From assembly GCF_009914755.1 (NCBI RefSeq), contig NC_060929.1: a stretch of 64,000 bases of DNA. One strand, 5' to 3'. A program made the position numbers and the translations under genes. Below the pieces are notes generated by a model. That model was not told where the DNA came from, ran no database searches, and saw nothing but the letters and a program-made list of their open reading frames with translations. Shown piece after piece: positions 12,401 to 25,374 of the stretch. The stretch is from the human T2T-CHM13v2.0 reference genome, Homo sapiens. The first letter of the stretch is position 1. Each line of letters begins with the position of its first letter.

Positions 12401-15400
12401 AACACTCTTTTTGTGGAATTTGCAAGTGGAGATTTCAAGCGCTTTGAGGCCAAAGGCAGAAAAGGAAATATCTTCGTATAAAAACTAGACAGAATCATTC
12501 TCAGAAACTGCTCTGCGATGTGTGCGTTCAACTCTCAGAGTTTAACTTTTCTTTTCATTCAGCAGTTTGGAAACACTCTGTTTGTAAAGTCTGCACGTGG
12601 ATATTTTGACCACTTAGAGGCCTTCGTTGGAAACGGGTTTTTTTCCTGTAAGGCTAGACAGAAGAATTCCCAGTAACTTCCTTGTGTTGTGTACATTCAA
12701 CTCACAGAGTTGAACGTTCCCTTACACAGAGCAGATTTGAAACACTCTTTTTGTGCAATTGGCAAGTGGAGATTTCAAGCGCTTTAAGGTCAATGGCAGA
12801 AAAGGAAATATCTTCGTTTCAAAACTAGACAGAATCATTCCCACAAACTGCGTTGTGATGTGTTCGTTCATCTCACAGAGTTTAACCTTTCTTTTCATAG
12901 AGCAGTTAGGAAACACTGTGTTTGTAAATTCTGTAAGTGGATATTCTGACATCTTGTGGCCTTCGTTGGAAACGGGATTTCTTCATATTCTGCTAGACAG
13001 AAGAATTCTCAGAATCTTCCTTGTGTTGTGTGTATTCAACTCACAGAGTTGAACGATGGTTTACACAGAGCAGATTTGAAACACTCTTTTTGTGGAATTT
13101 GCAAGTGGAGATTTCAGCCGCTTTGAGGTCAATGGTAGAAAAGGAAATATCTTCGTATAAAAACTAGACAGAATGATTCTCAGAAACTTCTTTGTGATGT
13201 GTGCGTTCAACTCACAGAGTTTAACCTTTCTTTTCATAGAGCAGTTAGGAAACACTCTGTTTGTAAACTCTGCAAGTGGATATTCAGACCTCTTTGAGGC
13301 CTTCGTTGGAAACGGGATTTCTTCATACTGTGCTAGACAGAAGAATTCTCAGTAACTTCCTTGTGTTGTGTGTATTCAACTCACAGAGTTGAACGATCCT
13401 TTACACAGAGCAGACTTGAAACACTCTTTTTGTGGAATTTGCAAGTGGAGATTTCAGCCGCGTTGAGGTCAATGGTAGAAAAGGAAATATCTTCGTATAA
13501 AAACTAGACAGAATGATTCTCAGAAACTCCTTTGAGATGTGTGTGTTCAACTCACAGAGTTTAACCTTTCTTTTCATAGAGCAGTTAGGAATCACTCTGT
13601 TTGTAAAGTCTGCAAGTGGATATTCAGACCTCTTTGAGGCCTTCGTTGGAAACGGGTTTTTTTCATATAAGGCTAGACAGAAGAATTCCCAGTAACTTCC
13701 TTGTGTTGTGTGTGTTCAACTCACAGAGTTGAACTTTCATTTACACAGAGCAGATTTGAAACACTCTTTTTGTGGAATTTGCAAATGGAGATTTCAAGCG
13801 CTTTGAGGCCAAAGGCAGAAAAGGAAATATCTTCGTATAAAAACTAGACAGAATCATTCTCAGAAACTGCTCTGCGATGTGTGCGTTCAACTCTCAGAGT
13901 TTAACTTTGCTTTTCATTCAGCAGTTTGGAAACACTCTGTTTGTAAAGTCTGCACGTGGTTAATTTGACCACTTAGAGGCCTTCGTTGGAAACGGGTTTT
14001 TTTCATGTAAGGCTAGACAGAAGAATTCTCAGTAACTTCCTTGTGTTGTGTGTATTCAACTCACAGAGTTGAACGATCCTTTACACAGAGCAGACTTGTA
14101 ACACTCTTTTTGTGGAATTTGCAAGTGGAGATTTCAGCCGCTTTGAAGTCAAAGGTAGAAAAGGAAATATCTTCCTATAAAAACTACACAGAATGATTCT
14201 CAGAAACTCCTTTGTGATGTGTGCGTTCAACTCACAGAGTTTAACCTTTCTTTTCATAGAGGAGTTAGGAAACACTCTGTTTGTAAAGTCTGCAAGTGGA
14301 TATTCAGACCTCTTTGAGGCCTTCGTTGGAAACGGGTTTTTTTCATATAAGGCTAGACAGAAGAATTCCCAGTAACTTCCTTGTATTGTGTGTGTTCAAC
14401 TCACAGAGTTGAACTTTCATTTACACAGAGCAGATTTGAAACACTCTTTTTGTGGAATTTGCAAGTGGAGATTTCAAGCGCTTTGAGGCCAAAGGCAGAA
14501 AAGGAAATATCTTCGTATAAAAACTAGACAGAATCATTCTCAGAAACTGCTCTGTGATGTGTGCGTTCAACTCTCAGAGTTTAACTTTTCTTTTCATTCA
14601 GCAGTTTGGAAACACTCTGTTTGTAAAGTCTGCACGTGGATAATTTGACCACTTAGAGGCCTTCGTTGGAAACGGGTTTTTTTCATGTAAGGCTAGACAG
14701 AAGAATTCTCAGTAACTTCCTTGTGTTGTGTGTATTCAACTCACAGCGTTGAACGATCCTTTACACAGAGCAGACTTGTAACACTCTTTTTGTGGAATTT
14801 GCAAGTGGAGATTTCAGCCGCTTTGAAGTCAAAGTTAGAAAAGGAAATATCTTCCTATAAAAACTAGACAGAATGATTCTCAGAAACTCCTTTGTGATGT
14901 GTGCGTTCAACTCACAGAGTTTAACCTTTCTTTTCATAGAGCAGTTAGGAAACACTCTGCTTGTAAAGTCTGCAAGTGGATATTCAGACCTCTTTGAGGC
15001 CTTCGTTGGAAACGGGTTTTTTTCATATAAGGCTAGACAGAAGAATTCCCAGTAACTTCCTTGTGTTGTGTGTGTTCAACTCACAGAGTTGAACTTTGAT
15101 TTACACAGAGCCGATTTGAAACACTCTTTTTGTGGAATTTGCAAGTGGAGATTTCAAGCGCTTTGAGGCCAAAGGCAGAAAAGGAAATATCTTCGTATAA
15201 AAACTAGACAGAATCATTCTCAGAAACTGCTCTGCGATGTGTGCGTTCAACTCTCAGAGTTTAACTTTTCTTTTCATTCAGCAGTTTGGAAACACTCTGT
15301 TTGTAAAGTCTGCACGTGGATATTTTGACCACTTAGAGGCCTTCGTTGGAAACGGGTTTTTTTCCTGTAAGGCTAGACAGAAGAATTCCCAGTAACTTCC

Positions 15401-17290
15401 TTGTGTTGTGTGTGTTCAACTCACAGAGTTGAACTTTCATTTACACAGAGCAGATTTGAAACACTCTTTTTGTGCAATTGGCAAGTGGAGATTTCAAGCG
15501 CTTTAAGGTCAATGGCAGAAAAGGAAATATCTTCGTTTCAAAACTAGACAGAATCATTCCCACAAACTGCGTTGTGATGTGTTCGTTCATCTCACAGAGT
15601 TTAACCTTTCTTTTCATAGAGCAGTTAGGAAACACTCTGTTTGTAAATTCTGTAAGGGGATATTCTGACATCTTGTGGCCTTCGTTGGAAACGGGATTTC
15701 TTCATACTGTGCTAGACAGAAGAATTCTCAGTAACTTCCTTGTGTTGTGTGTATTCAACTCACAGAGTTGAACGATCCTTTACACAGAGCAGACTTGAAA
15801 CACTCTTTTTGTGGAATTTGCAAGTGGAGATTTCAGCCGCGTTGAGGTCAATGGTAGAAAAGGAAATATCTTCGTATAAAAACTAGACAGAATGATTCTC
15901 AGAAACTCCTTTGAGATGTGTGTGTTCAACTCACAGAGTTTAACCTTTCTTTTCATAGAGCAGTTAGGAATCACTCTGTTTGTAAAGTCTGCAAGTGGAT
16001 ATTCAGACCTCTTTGAGGCCTTCGTTGGAAACGGGTTTTTTTCATATAAGGCTAGACAGAAGAATTCCCAGTAACTTCCTTGTGTTGTGTGTGTTCAACT
16101 CACAGAGTTGAACTTTCATTTACACAGAGCAGATTTGAAACACTCTTTTTGTGGAATTTGCAAATGGAGATTTCAAGCGCTTTGAGGCCAAAGGCAGAAA
16201 AGGAAATATCTTCGTATAAAAACTAGACAGAATCATTCTCAGAAACTGCTCTGCGATGTGTGCGTTCAACTCTCAGAGTTTAACTTTGCTTTTCATTCAG
16301 CAGTTTGGAAACACTCTGTTTGTAAAGTCTGCACGTGGATAATTTGACCACTTAGAGGCCTTCGTTGGAAACGGGTTTTTTTCATGTAAGGCTAGACAGA
16401 AGAATTCTCAGTAACTTCCTTGTGTTGTGTGTATTCAACTCACACAGTTGAACGATCCTTTACACAGAGCAGACTTGTAACACTCTTTTTGTGGAATTTG
16501 CAAGTGGAGATTTCAGCCGCTTTGAAGTCAAATGTAGAAAAGGAAATATCTTCCTATAAAAACTAGACAGAATGATTCTCAGAAACTCCTTTGTGATGTG
16601 TGCGTTCAACTCACAGAGTTTAACCTTTCTTTTCATAGAGCAGTTAGGAAACACTCTGTTTGTAAAGTCTGCAAGTGGATATTCAGACCTCTTTGAGGCC
16701 TTCGTTGGAAACGGGTTTTTTTCATATAAGGCTCGACAGAAGAATTCCCAGTAACTTCCTTGTGTTGTGTGTGTTCAACTCACAGAGTTGAACTTTCATT
16801 TACACAGAGCAGATTTGAAACACTCTTTTTGTGGAATTTGCAAGTGGAGATTTCAAGCGCTTTGAGGCCAAAGGCAGAAAAGGAAATATCTTCGTATAAA
16901 AACTAGACAGAATCATTCTCAGAAACTGCTCTGTGATGTGTGCGTTCAACTCTCAGAGTTTAACTTTTCTTTTCATTCAGCAGTTTGGAAACACTCTGTT
17001 TGTAAAGTCTGCACGTGGATAATTTGACCACTTAGAGGCCTTCGTTGGAAACGGGTTTTTTTCATGTAAGGCTAGACAGAAGAGTTCTCAGTAACTTCCT
17101 TGTGTTGTGTGTATTCAACTCACACAGTTGAACTTTCATTTACACAGAGCAGATTTGAAACACTCTTTTTGTGGAATTTGCAGGTGGAGATTTCAAGCGC
17201 TTTGAGGCCAAAGGCAGAAAAGGAAATATCTTCGTATAAAAACTAGACAGAATCATTCTCAGAAACTGCTCTGCGATGTGTGCGTTCAAC
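9430..17290 (+). repeat. Duplicated ~2.4-kb block at offset 5438 bp (about 9430-11850 and 14870-17290)
   Basis: Seen: GAGCCGAT 9674/15112, GGCTCGAC 11296/16734, GAGTTC 11646/17084, plus the same hybrid Z dimer and X-X junction. Confidence 0.85.
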
Positions 17291-19840
17291 TCTCAGAGTT
17301 TAACTTTGCTTTTCATTCAGCAGTTTGGAAACACTCTGTTTGTAAAGTCTGCACGTGGTTAATTTGACCACTTAGAGGCCTTCGTTGGAAACGGGTTTTT
17401 TTCATGTAAGGCTAGACAGAAGAATTCTCAGTAACTTCCTTGTGTTGTGTGTATTCAACTCACAGAGTTGAACGATCCTTTACACAGAGCAGACTTGTAA
17501 CACTCTTTTTGTGGAATTTGCAAGTGGAGATTTCAGCCGCTTTGAAGTCAAAGGTAGAAAAGGAAATATCTTCCTATAAAAACTACACAGAATGATTCTC
17601 AGAAACTCCTTTGTGATGTGTGCGTTCAACTCACAGAGTTTAACCTTTCTTTTCATAGAGGAGTTAGGAAACACTCTGTTTGTAAAGTCTGCAAGTGGAT
17701 ATTCAGACCTCTTTGAGGCCTTCGTTGGAAACGGGTTTTTTTCATATAAGGCTAGACAGAAGAATTCCCAGTAACTTCCTTGTATTGTGTGTGTTCAACT
17801 CACAGAGTTGAACTTTCATTTACACAGAGCAGATTTGAAACACTCTTTTTGTGGAATTTGCAAGTGGAGATTTCAAGCGCTTTGAGGCCAAAGGCAGAAA
17901 AGGAAATATCTTCGTATAAAAACTAGACAGAATCATTCTCAGAAACTGCTCTGTGATGTGTGCGTTCAACTCTCAGAGTTTAACTTTTCTTTTCATTCAG
18001 CAGTTTGGAAACACTCTGTTTGTAAAGTCTGCACGTGGATAATTTGACCACTTAGAGGCCTTCGTTGGAAACGGGTTTTTTTCATGTAAGGCTAGACAGA
18101 AGAATTCTCAGTAACTTCCTTGTGTTGTGTGTATTCAACTCACAGCGTTGAACGATCCTTTACACAGAGCAGACTTGTAACACTCTTTTTGTGGAATTTG
18201 CAAGTGGAGATTTCAGCCGCTTTGAAGTCAAAGTTAGAAAAGGAAATATCTTCCTATAAAAACTAGACAGAATGATTCTCAGAAACTCCTTTGTGATGTG
18301 TGCGTTCAACTCACAGAGTTTAACCTTTCTTTTCATAGAGCAGTTAGGAAACACTCTGCTTGTAAAGTCTGCAAGTGGATATTCAGACCTCTTTGAGGCC
18401 TTCGTTGGAAACGGGTTTTTTTCATATAAGGCTAGACAGAAGAATTCCCAGTAACTTCCTTGTGTTGTGTGTGTTCAACTCACAGAGTTGAACTTTGATT
18501 TACACAGAGCCGATTTGAAACACTCTTTTTGTGGAATTTGCAAGTGGAGATTTCAAGCGCTTTGAGGCCAAAGGCAGAAAAGGAAATATCTTCGTATAAA
18601 AACTAGACAGAATCATTCTCAGAAACTGCTCTGCGATGTGTGCGTTCAACTCTCAGAGTTTAACTTTTCTTTTCATTCAGCAGTTTGGAAACACTCTGTT
18701 TGTAAAGTCTGCACGTGGATATTTTGACCACTTAGAGGCCTTCGTTGGAAACGGGTTTTTTTCCTGTAAGGCTAGACAGAAGAATTCCCAGTAACTTCCT
18801 TGTGTTGTGTACATTCAACTCACAGAGTTGAACGTTCCCTTAGACAGAGCAGATTTGAAACACTCTTTTTGTGCAATTGGCAAGTGGAGATTTCAAGCGC
18901 TTTAAGGTCAATGGCAGAAAAGGAAATATCTTCGTTTCAAAACTAGACAGAATCATTCCCACAAACTGCGTTGTGATGTGTTCGTTCATCTCACAGAGTT
19001 TAACCTTTCTTTTCATAGAGCAGTTAGGAAACACTCTGTTTGTAAATTCTGTAAGTGGATATTCTGACATCTTGTGGCCTTCGTTGGAAACGGGATTTCT
19101 TCATACTGTGCTAGACAGAAGAATTCTCAGTAACTTCCTTGTGTTGTGTGTATTCAACTCACAGAGTTGAACGATCCTTTACACAGAGCAGACTTGAAAC
19201 ACTCTTTTTGTGGAATTTGCAAGTGGAGATTTCAGCCGCGTTGAGGTCAATGGTAGAAAAGGAAATATCTTCGTATAAAAACTAGACAGAATGATTCTCA
19301 GAAACTCCTTTGAGATGTGTGTGTTCAACTCACAGAGTTTAACCTTTCTTTTCATAGAGCAGTTAGGAATCACTCTGTTTGTAAAGTCTGCAAGTGGATA
19401 TTCAGACCTCTTTGAGGCCTTCGTTGGAAACGGGTTTTTTTCATATAAGGCTAGACAGAAGAATTCCCAGTAACTTCCTTGTGTTGTGTGTGTTCAACTC
19501 ACAGAGTTGAACTTTCATTTACACAGAGCAGATTTGAAACACTCTTTTTGTGGAATTTGCAAATGGAGATTTCAAGCGCTTTGAGGCCAAAGGCAGAAAA
19601 GGAAATATCTTCGTATAAAAACTAGACAGAATCATTCTCAGAAACTGCTCTGCGATGTGTGCGTTCAACTCTCAGAGTTTAACTTTGCTTTTCATTCAGC
19701 AGTTTGGAAACACTCTGTTTGTAAAGTCTGCACGTGGATAATTTGACCACTTAGAGGCCTTCGTTGGAAACGGGTTTTTTTCATGTAAGGCTAGACAGAA
19801 GAATTCTCAGTAACTTCCTTGTGTTGTGTGTATTCAACTC
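13800..19840 (+). repeat. Near-tandem duplication at offset 3399 bp (about 13800-16440 and 17200-19840)
   Basis: Seen: GTGGTTAAT 13960/17359, AACTACACAG, GAGGAG, GTATTGTG, CAGCGTTG, AAAGTTAG and GAGCCGAT 15112/18511 recur at +3399. Confidence 0.88.
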
Positions 19841-22800
19841 ACAGAGTTGAACGATCCTTTACACAGAGCAGACTTGTAACACTCTTTTTGTGGAATTTGC
19901 AAGTGGAGATTTCAGCCGCTTTGAAGTCAAAGGTAGAAAAGGAAATATCTTCCTATAAAAACTAGACAGAATGATTCTCAGAAACTCCTTTGTGATGTGT
20001 GCGTTCAACTCACAGAGTTTAACCTTTCTTTTCATAGAGCAGTTAGGAAACACTCTGTTTGTAAAGTCTGCAAGTGGATATTCAGACCTCTTTGAGGCCT
20101 TCGTTGGAAACGGGTTTTTTTTCATATAAGGCTAGACAGAAGAATTCCCAGTAACTTCCTAGTGTTGTGTGTGTTCAACTCACAGAGTTGAACTTTCATT
20201 TACACAGAGCAGATTTGAAACACTCTTTTTGTGGAATTTGCAAGTGGAGATTTCAAGCGCTTTGAGGCCAAAGGCAGAAAAGGAAATATCTTCGTATAAA
20301 AACTAGACAGAATCATTCTCAGAAACTGCTCTGTGATGTGTGCGTTCAACTCTCAGAGTTTAACTTTTCTTTTCATTCAGCAGTTTGGAAACACTCTGTT
20401 TGTAAAGTCTGCACGTGGATAATTTGACCACTTAGAGGCCTTCGTTGGAAACGGGTTTTTTTCATGTAAGGCTAGACAGAAGAGTTCTCAGTAACTTCCT
20501 TGTGTTGTGTGTATTCAACTCACACAGTTGAACGATCCTTTACAGAGAGCAGACTTGTAACACTCTTTTTGTGGAATTTGCAAGTGGAGATTTCAGCCGC
20601 TTTGAAGTCAAAGTAGAAAAGGAAATATCTTCCTATAAAAACTAGACAGAATGATTCTCAGAAACTCCTTTGTGATGTGTGCGTTCAACTCACAGAGTTT
20701 AACCTTTCTTTTCATAGAGCAGTTAGGAAACACTCTGTTTGTAAAGTCTGCAAGTGGATATTCAGACCTCTTTGAGGCCTTCGTTGGAAACGGGTTTTTT
20801 TCATATAAGGCTAGACAGAAGAATTCCCAGTAACTTCCTTGTGTTGTGTGTGTTCAACTCACAGAGTTGAACTTTCATTTACACAGAGCAGATTTGAAAC
20901 ACTCTTTTTGTGGAATTTGCAGGTGGAGATTTCAAGCGCTTTGAGGCCAAAGGCAGAAAAGGAAATATCTTCGTATAAAAACTAGACAGAATCATTCTCA
21001 GAAACTGCTCTGCGATGTGTGCGTTCAACTCTCAGAGTTTAACTTTTCTTTTCATTCAGCAGTTTGGAAACACTCTGTTTGTAAAGTCTGCACGTGGATA
21101 ATTTGACCACTTAGAGGCCTTCGTTGGAAACGGGTTTTTTTCATGTAAGGCTAGACAGAAGAATTCTCAGTAACTTCCTTGTGTTGTGTGTATTCAACTC
21201 ACAGAGTTGAACGATCCTTTACACAGAGCAGACTTGTAACACTCTTTTTGTGGAATTTGCAAGTGGAGATTTCAGCCGCTTTCAAGTCAAAGGTCGAAAA
21301 GGAAATATCTTCCTATAAAAACTAGACAGAATGATTCTCAGAAACTCCTTTGTGATGTGTGCGTTCAACTCACAGAGTTTAACCTTTCTTTTCATAGAGC
21401 AGTTAGGAAACACTCTGCTTGTAAAGTCTGCAAGTGGATATTCAGCCCTCTTTGAGGCCTTCGTTGGAAACGGGTTTTTTTCATATAAGGCTAGACAGAA
21501 GAATTCCCAGTAACTTCCTTGTGTTGTGTGTGTTCAACTCACAGAGTTGAACTTTGATTTACACAGAGCAGATTTGAAACACTCTTTTTGTGGAATTTGC
21601 AAGTGGAGATTTCAAGCGCTTTGAGGCCAAAGGCAGAAAAGGAAATATCTTCGTATAAAAACTAGACAGAATCATTCTCAGAAACTGCTCTGCGATGTGT
21701 GCGTTCAACTCTCAGAGTTTAACTTTTCTTTTCATTCAGCAGTTTGGAAACACTCTGTTTGTAAAGTCTGCACGTGGATATTTTGACCACTTAGAGGCCT
21801 TCGTTGGAAACGGGTTTTTTTCCTGTAAGGCTAGACAGAAGAATTCCCAGTAACTTCCTTGTGTTGTGTACATTCAACTCACAGAGTTGAACGTTCCCTT
21901 AGACAGAGCAGATTTGAAACACTCTTTTTGTGCAATTGGCAAGTGGAGATTTCAAGCGCTTTAAGGTCAATGGCAGAAAAGGAAATATCTTCGTTTCAAA
22001 ACTAGACAGAATCATTCCCACAAACTGTGTTGTGATGTGTTCGTTCATCTCACAGAGTTTAACCTTTCTTTTCATAGAGCAGTTAGGAAACACTATGTTT
22101 GTAAATTCTGTAAGTGGATATTCTGACATCTTGTGGCCTTCGTTGGAAACGGGATTTCTTCATATTCTGCTAGACAGAAGAATTCTCAGAATCTTCCTTG
22201 TGTTGTGTGTATTCAACTCACACAGTTGAACGATGGTTTACACAGAGCAGATTTGACACACTCTTTTTGTGGAATTTGCAATTGGAGATTTCAGCCGCTT
22301 TGAGGTCAATGGTAGAAAAGGAAATATCTTCGTATAAAAACTAGACAGAATGATTCTCAGAAACTTCTTGGTGATGTGTGCGTTCAACTCACAGAGTTTA
22401 ACCTTTCTTTTCATAGAGCAGTTAGGAAACACTCTGTTTGTAAACTCTGCAAGTGGATATTCAGACCTCTTTGAGGCCTTCGTTGGAAACGGGATTTCTT
22501 CATACTGTGCTAGACAGAAGAATTCTCAGTAACTTCCTTGTGTTGTGTGTATTCAACTCACAGAGTTGAACGATCCTTTACACAGAGCAGACTTGAAACA
22601 CTCTTTTTGTGGAATTTGCAAGTGGAGATTTCAGCCGCGTTGAGGTCAATGGTAGAAAAGGAAATATCTTCGTATAAAAACTAGACAGAATGTTTCTCAG
22701 AAACTCCTTTGAGATGTGTGTGTTCAACTCACAGAGTTTAACCTTTCTTTTCATAGAGCAGTTAGGAATCACTCTGTTTGTAAAGTCTGCAAGTGGATAT

Positions 22801-25374
22801 TCAGACCTCTTTGAGGCCTTCGTTGGAAACGGGTTTTTTTCATATAAGGCTAGACAGAAGAATTCCCAGTAACTTCCTTGTGTTGTGTGTGTTCAACTCA
22901 CAGAGTTGAACTTTCATTTACACAGAGCAGATTTGAAACACTCTTTTTGTGGAATTTGCAGGTGGAGATTTCAAGCGCTTTGAGGCCAAAGGCAGAAAAG
23001 GAAATATCTTCGTATAAAAACTAGACAGAATCATTCTCAGAAACTGCTCTGTGATGTGTGCATTCAACTCTCAGAGTTTAACTTTTCTTTTCATTCAGCA
23101 GTTTGGAAACACTCTGTTTGTAAAGTCTGCACGTGGATAATTTGACCACTTAGAGGCCTTCGTTGGAAACGGGTTTTTTTCATGTAAGGCTAGACAGAAG
23201 AATTCTCAGTAACTTCCTTGTGTTGTGTGTATTCAACTCACAGAGTTGAACGATCCTTTACACAGAGCAGACTTGTAACACTCTTTTTGTGGAATTTGCA
23301 AGTGGAGATTTCAGCCGCTTTGAAGTCAAAGGTAGAAAAGGAAATATCTTCCTATAAAAACTAGACAGAATGATTCTCAGAAACTCCTTTGTGATGTGTG
23401 CGTTCAACTCACAGAGTTTAACCTTTCTTTTCATAGAGCAGTTAGGAAACACTCTGCTTGTAAAGTCTGCAAGTGGATATTCAGCCCTCTTTGAGGCCTT
23501 CGTTGGAAACGGGTTTTTTTCATATAAGGCTAGACAGAAGAATTCCCAGTAACTTCCTTGTGTTGTGTGTGTTCAACTCACAGAGTTGAACTTTGATTTA
23601 CACAGAGCAGATTTGAAACACTCTTTTTGTGGAATTTGCAAGTGGAGATTTCAAGCGCTTTGAGGCCAAAGGCAGAAAAGGAAATATCTTCGTATAAAAA
23701 CTAGACAGAATCATTCTCAGAAACTGCTCTGCGATGTGTGCGTTCAACTCTCAGAGTTTAACTTTTCTTTTCATTCAGCAGTTTGGAAACACTCTGTTTG
23801 TAAAGTCTGCACGTGGATATTTTGACCACTTAGAGGCCTTCGTTGGAAACGGGTTTTTTTCCTGTAAGGCTAGACAGAAGAATTCCCAGTAACTTCCTTG
23901 TGTTGTGTACATTCAACTCACAGAGTTGAACGTTCCCTTAGACAGAGCAGATTTGAAACACTCTTTTTGTGCAATTGGCAAGTGGAGATTTCAAGCGCTT
24001 TAAGGTCAATGGCAGAAAAGGAAATATCTTCGTTTCAAAACTAGACAGAATCATTCCCACAAACTGCGTTGTGATGTGTTCGTTCATCTCACAGAGTTTA
24101 ACCTTTCTTTTCATAGAGCAGTTAGGAAACACTCTGTTTGTAAATTCTGTAAGTGGATATTCTGACATCTTGTGGCCTTCGTTGGAAACGGGATTTCTTC
24201 ATATTCTGCTAGACAGAAGAATTCTCAGAATCTTCCTTGTGTTGTGTGTATTCAACTCACACAGTTGAACGATGGTTTACACAGAGCAGATTTGAAACAC
24301 TCTTTTTGTGGAATTTGCAAGTGGAGATTTCAGCCGCTTTGAGGTCAATGGTAGAAAAGGAAATATCTTCGTATAAAAACTAGACAGAATGATTCTCAGA
24401 AACTTCTTTGTGATGTGTGCGTTCAACTCACAGAGTTTAACCTTTCTTTTCATAGAGCAGTTAGGAAACACTCTGTTTGTAAACTCTGCAAGTGGATATT
24501 CAGACCTCTGTGAGGCCTTCGTTGGAAACGGGATTTCTTCATACTGTGCTAGACAGAAGAATTCTCAGTAACTTCCTTGTGTTGTGTGTATTCAACTCAC
24601 AGAGTTGAACGATCCTTTACACAGAGCAGACATGAAACACTCTTTTTGTGGAATTTGCAAGTGGAGATTTCAGCCGCGTTGAGGTCAATGGTAGAAAAGG
24701 AAATATCTTCGTATAAAAACTAGACAGAATGATTCTCAGAAACTCCTTTGAGATGTGTGTGTTCAACTCACAGAGTTTAACCTTTCTTTTCATAGAGCAG
24801 TTAGGAATCACTCTGTTTGTAAAGTCTGCAAGTGGATATTCAGACCTCTTTGAGGCCTTCGTTGGAAACGGGTTTTTTTCACATAAGGCTAGACAGAAGA
24901 ATTCCCAGTAACTTCCTTGTGTTGTGTGTGTTCAACTCACAGAGTTGAACTTTCATTTACACAGAGCAGATTTGAAACACTCTTTTTGTGGAATTTGCAA
25001 ATGGAGATTTCAAGCGCTTTGAGGCCAAAGGCAGAAAAGGAAATATCTTCGTATAAAAACTAGACAGAATCATTCTCAGAAACTGCTCTGCGATGTGTGC
25101 GTTCAACTCTCAGAGTTTAACTTTGCTTTTCATTCAGCAGTTTGGAAACACTCTGTTTGTAAAGTCTGCACGTGGATAATTTGACCACTTAGAGGCCTTC
25201 GTTGGAAACGGGTTTTTTTCATGTAAGGCTAGACAGAAGAATTCTCAGTAACTTCCTTGTGTTGTGTGTATTCAACTCACACAGTTGAACGATCCTTTAC
25301 ACAGAGCAGACTTGTAACACTCTTTTTGTGGAATTTGCAAGTGGAGATTTCAGCCGCTTTGAAGTCAAATGTAG

